Below are positions 53,899 to 64,000 of a stretch of DNA of 64,000 nt, piece after piece; position 1 is the first letter of the stretch; each line of letters opens with the position of its first letter. The DNA comes from Octopus vulgaris (Eukaryota), in the NCBI GenBank assembly GCA_951406725.2, contig OX597826.1, forward strand, positions 72,912,001 to 72,976,000, in the 5' to 3' direction. The notes under the pieces were generated by a model, which saw nothing but the letters and a program-made list of their open reading frames with translations, was not told where the DNA came from and searched no databases. The position numbers were made by a program, and so were the translations under genes.

Positions 53899-55312
53899 TG
53901 ATATCTTTAAAAATTTTTTACGGGAAACATTTTGAATACGCCAATAAGTCTCCTATTCCAATTTGTGAAACCATTCTATTGTCGTATATGGTACTATGAG
54001 CTGCGGTTGCTTCGTATTTCCCCTCCAATTTTATTCCATTTAGTTTTGTATTTTCTAGTTTGTATATGTGGTATTTTAGATTGTGAGGGATCGCGTATGC
54101 AAATTATATATTATGCTTGTTGATGATTCTTTGATATTTGGGAGATCTAATGCTGTGAAGAATTCCTGACCAATTTTGGATTTTATTTGCGAATTGAAAA
54201 ATGCATTAAGCCAAAAGATTTCATCACTTATTTTTCCAATTCTTTTAATACATCTATTGGGTTTGCCAGTATATTTTGTTTCTTCTACTTCTACTGTTTT
54301 ATTATCACTATTTCTATCGGCGTTTAACGGCGCCCTTCTTTCTACCTCTGGCTGCTGTTTCGTGGGTTCTGTTTTATATCTAACCTTCTTAGTGTTATGG
54401 GTTTTTCTTTCCCTTTTGATCCATGTTATATTTACTGTTTCCTAGGTTCTGGTATTCTGCTATTACTTATATACTCATCTCTACTATTAATAATGCCCTC
54501 TTAGTATCGTGCCTTCTCTGTCTTATTCTGTTCTTATATCCCGCTAAGTTATAATATTCGGCGTGCATATCAAATATCTATTCATCCGTGGGTAGTCTGG
54601 ATATTCTGTTACACAATATTCTTGGGATACTTCGCAGTGTATGTTCCGGATGGTTGGATTCTCAGCTCATATTTTAAAGTTCTCATTTGACTTATGGAAA
54701 GATTCATACTTTCCATCGATAAGGCTTTACGTCTAGGAATTTTACCTGTCTATGATTTTTCAATTTCAACATGATCTACCCGATCGCCAAAGATACTACG
54801 GACTATATTGTAATCATTCCAGGAATACAGACTGTGTTCTTACAAGACATTTGACTTGCGGAAACGTGCATAACGATGCATTAAAATATTTATAAATTCT
54901 ATCCAAGGATTATCATTGTTATTAAAAAGAAATATGCTAAGCTCCATTTTACTTAAATTTTCGTGGATGTAGAACGTGCCTACATGCTTAGATGTAAAGA
55001 ACTAGAGTAAATAGAATTTTATAGAAATTCCATTCATCCTGGCCTCTAGGTAAAAATATTTGGGCCTTCATTGGTCAGTTTCAGGTCATGCAGACACTAG
55101 CAACACGGTAACAGCGATTTTTTCTTTGTAGGCTCCATGTTGTAGAGCAAGATGTTGGTGTCAGGTAATTGAATCGTTGCAGGGTTTGATATTTTTGTGA
55201 TGATATTTACCACATGATGAGATAAACGATTCTGCGATCAAGTTACGGATTAAATTACATATCAAGCATATAGGAATGAGTTACAGACTTGTTAGGGGAT
55301 ATAACAATGAAC

Positions 55313-56130
55313 TTAATTATTTTCCGCAGCTATGTTAACATTCCTTTTTTCCTCTTCATTTGTCTCTATTCCCCTGGAAAATATATAAACCTCATCATAA
55401 TATTGACTGTTGCCGTCTTCGAATTGTTGTAAGTGAGCTTGCGGTCGAATCTCCACCAAATCTGCACATTCACTATACGCTTCAAACAGCTCTCTGAAAC
55501 TAATAATTTCATATTCAAACACTTTCTGATGGTTAGATTTCTTTCTAACAATCACAGGAGCTCCCCATCCAGGGTGTGTCGGTCTCAATCGTAACAGAGT
55601 TTTCACTACAAAGTACTTCTCTGATATTCCCTTTTCTTGCGTAATAACCACTTTAGCCGAGTTGTTTGTATTCAAAGTAAACTCGGCGGTATCCGACCAT
55701 GAGGTGGTCGTATCTGTCTTATCTTCCTGGCTATTATCACGTATCCCACCGGCATTGAACTCTAATCCTGCTGCTTTTATCGATACTTTTCCTCCAATAC
55801 TGTAATTCTTTTGTAATTTTACCGACCGAGACTCCATTTGCGAACCCTGTGCGTTGAATATATGTTTCTGCGGTCCGGTTATCTGGCACGTGTATGTGGT
55901 TGAGTATTGAGTCTGGGATTTTGTTGGCTCTTTTCGCAGAGGCACTTCAGATTCAAGAGAATCCTCGAAACTAAAGTAACTCCACCGAATTTCAATATGA
56001 TAGGCATTTCGTCGATAGAAACATCTTCTAAGACACGAAAAATGAAGACTTTTCAGAAACTTTTTCCAAACTAAATCTTCAATTAGCTTCTGTATATCGA
56101 TTTCTATTGCATATCTTGGGTTTACTTTAC
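55313..56130 (-). CDS. Terminal coding exon of an aerolysin/ETX-MTX2-like (LIN-24-like) beta-pore-forming protein
   Basis: Acceptor TTCTTCTCTCTGTTTTTCAG, 272 open non-repetitive codons to TAA; Ser/Thr-rich strands flank an alternating hairpin YSIGGKVSIKAAGLEFNAGG, followed by TTTSWSDT..FTL...SAKVVI; family call by pattern only. Confidence 0.72.
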
Positions 56131-56184
56131 CTGAAAAACAGAGAGAAGAACAGATATCAATAACTATACAACACACACACACAA

Positions 56185-56273
<89 letters not shown>

Positions 56274-56348
56274 GGTAAAGCAACGACAAGCAAGCTAGAT
56301 ATGTCTATTTTCATATAAAAATACATTTACTCGAAAAGAAAAATATAA

Positions 56349-56843
56349 ATGTGTGTGGATATTAAGTCCGACTTCCAGAAAAAAACGATATCACAAATAA
56401 ATCAGGTAGAGTTTTATAAGCCTTACGGTCGCTGCAGGGTGTATATCGGCGGCACTGTGGACTTTAAACGCCATTATCGTGCTCATATGAATTCTTCCAC
56501 TAATCCAAAATCTAAACTATCTACCTCTTTAGCAACACATATGTATAACCACAAATCATAAGATATCCAATACGCCCTGTCATGGTGTATAGCAGGTGAA
56601 GATCCCCCCCTACAATACAAATATAGGTAAATGTGAATTATGTGTAAGAGTCACTATTCTTCGTCTCCACAACTCCTCGATGTTAAATAAATTCTTTGAC
56701 GCTATTTATTCATGTAAGCATAAATACTACTCGACTTCAATGCACTTCGCTAATTCTAAATAATCCTATAACAAGCCTCCATACCCATTAAAACTGTAAT
56801 CTAAAACAGAGTCAACCTGACAATCGACTATCTATCCCATTCC

Positions 56844-56930
<87 letters not shown>

Positions 56931-57230
56931 ACAGTTACGAATGTAACTAACAGACAGTTACATTCTTAACTGTTAAAACATTAAAATATTAAAATATAGA
57001 AATAGTTATTGAATTATAAAAAAGCTATGAAGAATCCTGATGATTGGGGTTGCAGTTAAGACATGTTTCTGAAAAAGACTGAGTGCTTAGGCAACGTTAA
57101 ACGCACCTCATGAAACATGTGTAGAAGAGAAATTTGGAACTGAAATAGTAAGTATTAAAATAAAATTCTATAATATGGTGTGATGTATATTAGGATTTGA
57201 TGAATTGCATGGGGACTTCTATCTCTAAAT
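56349..57230 (+). mobile_element. Degraded PLE 3' end (GIY-YIG fragment plus pLTR)
   Basis: VYIGGT.DFKRHY.AH..S.....STSLATH; hammerhead-like motif downstream. Confidence 0.7.
57035..57125 (+). ncRNA. Hammerhead-like motif, somewhat decayed
   Basis: tc-CTGATGA-tTGGGGT...ACCTCAt-GAAA-CATGTG-TA-ga. Confidence 0.55.
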
Positions 57231-57316
57231 AATACACACACACACACACACATGTAAATTAACAGAATGATATAAAAATCCATGGTTGTGAAAGATTTCA
57301 GAACATTTACAAAGAG

Positions 57317-57364
57317 GTCTTACAGCTGTTTCCAGGATATCTTATAAATCCCTTCATCGGAGAC
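57317..57364 (-). ncRNA. Hammerhead motif (C at position 4)
   Basis: gtct-CCGATGA-AGGGAT...ATCCTG-GAAA-CAGCTG-TA-agac. Confidence 0.65.
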
Positions 57365-57621
57365 AGTGTGAGAAGACGGTTAAGCAATAGTTATTCTAGA
57401 TAAGATATGAAATAGAGAGTGAAGTGGAGGAATGAAAATAGACGTGAGATATGCAGGGATATTGTATCTGCAGTTCCATTATTTAGGCAGAATGGTATAC
57501 ATACAGGATTCCTGTACCTTGTGAGTAAGTTCCAATAGTATTTAAAAGTGGTCATTCCAGGCATAGAGTTTGTAAACGGTGTTTATTGAATCGATTTTTT
57601 TTCATATATAAAATAACATAA

Positions 57622-57773
<152 letters not shown>

Positions 57774-57859
57774 CAAATTTACAGAAAACAAAAGATGAAG
57801 ACAGGCGCAGAAGCAGCAAACAAGTGTATTAGTTTAACACTTGGGCAGAATGGAATAGT

Positions 57860-57895
57860 CTTTTACGTCTCGAGCCTACGCTCTTCGACAGAAAG
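57860..57895 (-). ncRNA. Degenerate hammerhead-like motif
   Basis: cttt-CTGTCGA-A-GAGC(GTAG)GCTC-GAGA-CG-TA-aaag; two core substitutions; related to 48701. Confidence 0.4.
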
Positions 57896-59925
57896 GATTA
57901 AGAGGCAAAAAAAAAAGGACGGAGAATGCCCACAAGCGATGTGAAAGCACAAACCAAAGTCATGTCCCTTGTTTTGAAGTTGTCTTAAACGATACGCTTA
58001 TTCTTTTGTCCGGTCAACTACTTTTTCACCCTCTTCTTAGTCTCTTAAAACTTGGATCGCCGGAGACTACACCAGCAACTTCACCAAGCTTGCTTGGTTA
58101 GGGAGGGGATTACTGGACATCCTGCAGGGTAAAAAACAAAAACCTGTCAATGTAGGGAGAAACTGATGTGAGTCAACGACCATCCAATAGCATGTACATA
58201 TCTATGTTACAGTCAGGACTGATTTTTCTCGTTTCCCTGATTTTTCCTGCTACTGGCTACCAAGTAACTCAATGCTACCTGCCACATGAGGACAGATGGA
58301 GGTTATCGACCTTGGTAGACAGTCCATCTAGGAGAAGGAAAACTCTGACTCTGAACTTCTGATGCCTTGCAGTAATACCCAGTCATGGGAAGGCTTCAAG
58401 CGTAACTCTCGAGGGAAAATCCGGAGTTGGAGCCCATAAGGCAGTTCATCGTTGATTACAACTTCGTCCTGGCAGCTCCCGTAAGAGGGCTTCTGTCAAA
58501 CTGTGACAACCCTACTGTTCCTTTGGACCCAGCAGTGTTGTGAAGAGAGGGAATATGCTGCATAGGTATCATTCTGTCTCCCTCAACACATCACCTAGGC
58601 TTGTATTCGACCACCACTATACATTACTCATCAACACATCCGCACTATCCACCCGGAGAGGACAATCCAGCTACGCCTACAACACGGGAAGTAGCAGTTA
58701 GCGGGGATAACCCTTCAATCAATGACGTAAAGCAAGGCACCAGATGTTGTTCCTGAGAGTGGGAGAGATTTTCGGATCTCATTGAACAGCAATCACTCGC
58801 TTAAAGCTGGGCAGGCTCCAGTCAGTAAAATACTGTCTCGTCAAAGTCTACTCGAAATGTGGAGTAGATAAACAGCCGACAACTGAAGAAGGGTCGTTCT
58901 TTATGTTTCTTGTCTTATTTTCCATTTGTTTTTTTCTCGCTGTTCGCAAAAAAATGGTTTGTCTTCGTATTTCATGGTATTTTTTGTATTTCGGATTTCA
59001 AGTTTTCGTATTCATGTTGTTTACGTTTTGTGACGTCCTGTACCCATATATGCATGTCAGTATGTACATATATGTATGTATATATGCCTATATATATATA
59101 TATATATTATTTATATTATATATATATATATATATATATATTTTATTTATATTATATAAATGAATGCCACGCATCCATTTCCAAATAAGTTTATCTTAAT
59201 AATTTTGATGCGACTCTCTTCTGTACGTATCTCTATCTCTATCTCTCTCTTCCTTTCTCTAATTCTTTTCTACTCTCTTTCTCTCCCATTCGTTTTTCCC
59301 TCTCATTCTTTCTATAATTCTTTTTTCTCCTCTTCACCGTTTTCTATCTGTCCCCATCTCTCTCCCTCTTCCTCCTTTACTCTCTCGTTGTTCACACGTG
59401 ACCATCGTCCATCTTTTTTCCACACGTTTTCATCTTTCTTTTCTTCCTCTCTGTTGCACAGACCAGACGTATTCTTGTCTGTCTCCTCTCCTATCTTTTC
59501 TCCTGTGAAAGAATGCTCCTCATCGTTCGCCACCTTACCCCGTCTGGCTTAGCAGTCCTCACTATCTATTTCACTGTCCTGTTTTTGTTACCAACTTTGA
59601 CCCTCCGCAAAATTCGAAATTTTTATTTTGGTTTGCGGGAGCAAGAGTTTTCTCGAAGGTACATATTGTCGCGAATTACTCGAAATGAGGAGTAGATAAA
59701 CAGCTGACGACTGATGAAGGGTTGTTCTTTTTGTTACTTGTCTTGATTTCCATTTATTTCTCTCGTTATTCGCAAAAAAAGTTTGCCTTCGTATTTCATG
59801 CTGTTTTTCCTATTTCAGATTTCATGTTTTCGCATTTCATATTGTTTACATTTTGTGATGTCCTGTACCCATATATGCATATATATACATGTATATATAT
59901 ATATAACTATATATATATATATATG

Positions 59926-59995
<70 letters not shown>

Positions 59996-60011
59996 CATAT
60001 ATATATATATA

Positions 60012-60225
60012 GTTGCAAACCGAACGACTTGTCCTTGTTAACCTTTGCTCCTGCCACCGCCTCGTTGTTTTTGACGATAGAGATGTCATCCGCATACGCC
60101 GTAACTCCTCTTCCACACCATGGATCATGCGGCGCGTCCCCTAGTGCCTCCATCTTCGGCAGCAATGGCTCAAGAGCCAATACATACAAAACCGGGGGCA
60201 GGGGACACCCTGACGCACTGAATGC
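60012..60225 (-). pseudogene. L1/Tx1-type RT fragment
   Basis: [19 protein letters not shown] and [11 protein letters not shown]. Confidence 0.8.
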
Positions 60226-60710
60226 TCAATCACTGAATGTTCAATCACTTTAACACAAAACGGAAGCGGAAGTGAGTCACTTGGTAAGCAAGCTACTTAC
60301 CACACAGCCACTCCTATATAATTAATAAAAGTTAACTCTACTCCACTTTCTTAAAATTTCCTGGGAGTACAACTTGTCTACATCCTGAGACCGTACAGAA
60401 CGAGAGTGAATAGAAGTTTAAAGAAATTCTTTTCACTCTGGGCTATAGCTTAAGATATTTGAACCTTCGTTGGCCAATTCAGGTCACGTGCACATTGCAA
60501 TCAGGTGACAAAATGATTGTTTCATGGTTGACTTCACGCTGTAGAAAAGATAGGATGTTGATGTCAGGTAATTAGCCCATTGTAGATTTGATCTTTCAGC
60601 AATGTCAGTGGCAGGTTTTGATGGTCAAGTTACATATAAGACTGCATTCCAAGCAGGGCTGAGTGATGTGAATATAGCCAGGTGTTCAAACCGGCAAAAA
60701 CCGGCAAAAA

Positions 60711-63443
60711 TTAATTCCCCTTTATTTGTTCAAACCGGTCAAATCCGGCTGTATCCGACTGCTCTACGAAATCGCTAAAAAATTAATCGAATCATGTTAT
60801 TAAATGTTCGTAGCTTTGAGATGATGCGAGATGAAGCCTTTCCCGCCTCTATTTAAGTATAAATACTGTGAAATTGTTTAGACCACATGGTTGTTTCAAC
60901 GCTTGGAGAGAAGTCTGTACCTTAGTTTTACTCTTGACGATATAGAAAATATAAACGAAAGCAAGAGTATTTTGTCTGCGGACGAATCTGATATCGATAT
61001 GAGTGAATATTCGTCGGACGAGGAAAATTTTGAGAACGAAAGTGATAAAAATGAAAGTGATGAAAATGATATCGTAAACATGGCAACATGTTCAAAGATT
61101 ACAACATCAATCACTATTCCTGATTTCACAGAAAATACTGGTCCGCAACACAATTTACCTCCTGATGCTCAACCATTGGACCATCTATTTTTATTTTTAT
61201 TTTTATTCAGAAAGTTTTTTTGAAACTGTTATGGAAGAAACAAACAAATATGCTCAACGTATAATTTCTATTCGCGGAAGAAACGATCCGCTATGGCAGC
61301 CAATTGGTGTTAAACAGTTTCCGCGACTGTGGAACTACTGGAGTCTTGATATAAGGTATGGCGATCCGTATATCGCAAGTATAATGTCGAAGACGAGGTA
61401 TTCGAAAATATCTCAGTATTTACATTTAATTTATTCTGCTAATGCCCCCAGCAAAAACGACCCAAACTACGATCCCCTGTACAAAGTACGTCCTGAAATT
61501 GATTTACTCTTTAACAGTTATAAAACTTTGTATCTACCTGGGAAAAATCTCAGTGTAGATGAAGCCATGATAGGCTATAAGGGTAGAGTACATTTTCGGC
61601 CGGCGGTACGTACCTGCCAAACCCACTAAATGGGGGATCAAGGTATGGGAATTTTGTCAATCAGACACTGGATATTGTGTAAACTTTGATGTTTACACAG
61701 GTAAAAAAATATAATGGAAACAGACCATATGGATTGGGACATGATGTAATATGGTCTCTTACGGAATCATTTCACCACCAGCACCGACACCTCTATTTTG
61801 ACTGGGTTTTTTCTTCAGTGGCTTTGGCAGAAAATCTTGTCCGTGTAAGTACTTACACGTGCAGTACTGTTACGGGCAACCGTAAAGGTTTACCCCGTGA
61901 AAAAAAAAATTTTTAAATGTGGGGACATTTTACAAATGCAAAAGGAAAATTTATCAGCTACTGCTTTCAAAGACGAAAGACAGATTTTATTTCTGTCTAC
62001 TAATGAACAACCTGCTGTTGGTTCTGAGGGGAAACCCTGAGTGAATATTTGTTATAACAAATATATGGTTGGGGGTTGATAAATGTGACCAATATTGGAC
62101 AATTTACCCAGTTGGTCGACCTGGGAAGAAATGGTGGAGGTACATTTTGTAGTTTTTAGTTAATTTAACTATAGTTAATTCATATATTGTATATGTAAAA
62201 AACCACTAGGTACCTCCGCCACCAAAGGGCTATGACCATTTAAAATTTCGGGTTGACATCGCATCTCAGTTACGTGAGGGCTTTTCTCCTAGAAAGCACA
62301 GAACTGGGAGAAAAGCAAAATTAACTGAGGTGGATGTCAACAGAGAAAATATTGACTTTCATAAAAGTCGAAAAGATAAATGGACGAAAAAAAGTTTGCA
62401 GACTGTGTTCGCTGCAAAAAAGAAAAAACTGCAAAAGGGTATCAAATTGAGACTGCGTATACGAGCCCTTGTGTAAAGGGTGCTTTGGGCAGTTTCATGA
62501 CAGAAATATATCATAACTATATTGTTTTGTAACTATATTATTTTATCATATATTCCTTTTCATTTTATTATAAATAATATGTGAAAGGGAGAAATACATA
62601 TCAATTTTCAGTATGTTACACACCTGTCTTCACCTTTGTCTCACCTGTTAATGAACTTTTTTTTTATTAGATGCATTCTGTTACGTAAATGATTTCATTA
62701 AATTGTATAAAAGTACGTAGCCAATGGTATATTGCCTAGTAAGGCGGCGAGCTGGCAGAATCGTTAGCACGCTGGGAGAAATGCTTAGCGGTATTTCGTC
62801 TGCCGTTACGTTCTGAGCTCAAATTCTGCCGAGGTCGACTTTGCCTTTCATCCTTTCGGAGTCGATAAATTAAATACCAGTTACGCACTGGGTCGATATA
62901 ATCGACTTAATCCGTTTGTCTGTCCTTGTTCGTCCTCTCTGTGTTTAGCCCCTTGTGGGTAGTAAAGAAATAGGTATATTGCCTAGTAAAAGAATTTTGT
63001 ACTTTATTTTCAATGAAATATAGAGAAAGAATAAAATCTTGTACCGATTACACCTGTATTTTAATTAATTCAAATTAATGTACCTCATCTTTAAAAATGT
63101 TAAATTGGTGGTGGTTAACATCTGGGATAATTTTAGTAACAAATCAAACAGGTATGATGTATTATGAATATGAATTTTAGTGTTTATTCATAATGATATT
63201 GTTTTTACCTCTGTTAATTAATTTTTACCTGCCCATTAAAGCAAAATTTAATCAGAAAGATCAGCTAAAATTACGTAACTATAAACCACTGGCATATAAG
63301 CACCCATTTACAAAATTTCAAATCTGTATGTAGAAAATTAACAAAGTTACAAGCAAATATTGTGAAAACCCCACTTGAACCTGAATAAATCAAAATTGAT
63401 GTGAACAGACAAGCATTACATTTGACAAATTAATCTGAACACT
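60711..63443 (+). mobile_element. Decayed piggyBac (PGBD4-like) transposon; transposase remnant ~60887-62500
   Basis: Acidic N-terminus, DPLYKVRP, LSVDEAMIGYKGR, PTKWGIK, LYFD..FSSV, GGVD, KKWWR and a Cys-rich tail; element ends uncertain. Confidence 0.85.
62741..62975 (+). mobile_element. SINE family C inserted in the piggyBac 3' region
   Basis: Flanked by a duplication of GGTATATTGCCTAGTAA (TSD). Confidence 0.88.
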
Positions 63444-63521
63444 AGTACACTGTAGAGATAATAATCCCATGCATGCAGACGGAGATTATACACTATGTAC
63501 TTGTTCGTGGGCTAGCTATGG

Positions 63522-64000
63522 TTACATTGGTATTTCTGGATTCCTAGTGGCCAGTAACTTGACGAGTTTATTTTTCTTTGACAGTATATGCAGTTTCTTG
63601 TGAAAGCAGACTCGACAAGTACAGATTGTAGTCGAGTAAGGGGAAACCTTGTCAAAAAATACCCCATATATTGTTGGGAAAGTCGTTTCCTTTTTCCTGG
63701 AGTCTCCAGATGAAGCAGGACAAGAGAGTGATGGTTCTTGCATGTCCCCAAATCTGAAAGAATGCATACGTGGCATAAATCGTGCCTTGAAATCATTGAC
63801 TGTTATATTTATATAGTGTCTCGAGATGTCATCAGTTGGTGTGAAGGTGGTTTTATAGACAACAACCTTTGAAAAACACAACCGTCTTAGAGGTGTGTTG
63901 GCAGGATTTTGACTGTTATATGCCGGGAAGTGGGATAAAATCATCTGTGTACGTGCACGTTTTGCTTCCATTGTGGCATGGAATATTGGAAGAATTCTTA
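63522..64000 (-). CDS. Possible coding exon open to the window edge, product unknown
   Basis: At least 159 open codons of non-repetitive sequence; no motif recognised. Confidence 0.3.
   Translation of the reverse strand, partial: RILPIFHATMEAKRARTQMILSHFPAYNSQNPANTPLRRLCFSKVVVYKTTFTPTDDISRHYINITVNDFKARFMPRMHSFRFGDMQEPSLSCPASSGDSRKKETTFPTIYGVFFDKVSPYSTTICTCRVCFHKKLHILSKKNKLVKLLATRNPEIPM

Noticed and set aside
56131-56326. N-terminal part of the 337-aa ORF
   Set aside because: TA/TG microsatellite and polypyrimidine tract; intronic, upstream of the AG acceptor
63522-63971. Upstream exon of the pore-forming protein gene
   Set aside because: Its frame ends in TAA, and the nearby GT gives phase 2, not the phase 1 required at 56130

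Overview
AT-rich, repeat-saturated eukaryotic (animal) DNA. The SINE/LINE inventory and microsatellite load look like an octopod cephalopod (inference, not proven). Almost all of the window is decayed mobile DNA: tRNA-headed SINEs, RTE- and CR1-type tails, many R4/Dong-type LINEs with a restriction-like endonuclease, Tx1/L1 pieces, Penelope-like elements (PLEs, RT + GIY-YIG), DD37D Tc1/mariner elements, a Helitron RepHel remnant plus mini-Helitrons, a piggyBac remnant, MITEs, and (TA)n, (ATT)n and (CA)n arrays. One credible host coding exon (55313-56130, minus) encodes an aerolysin/ETX-MTX2 (LIN-24-like) pore-forming-type domain. The strongest hidden signal is about 19 minimal type-I hammerhead-ribozyme motifs from roughly ten unrelated short elements. 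These sit in (TA)n runs, often as inverted pairs or palindromes, and their catalytic cores show all four Watson-Crick combinations at the 3:8 pair (C-G, G-C, U-A, A-U). No rRNA, functional tRNA or CRISPR array was seen. Repeat boundaries are read by eye and approximate unless termini are quoted.
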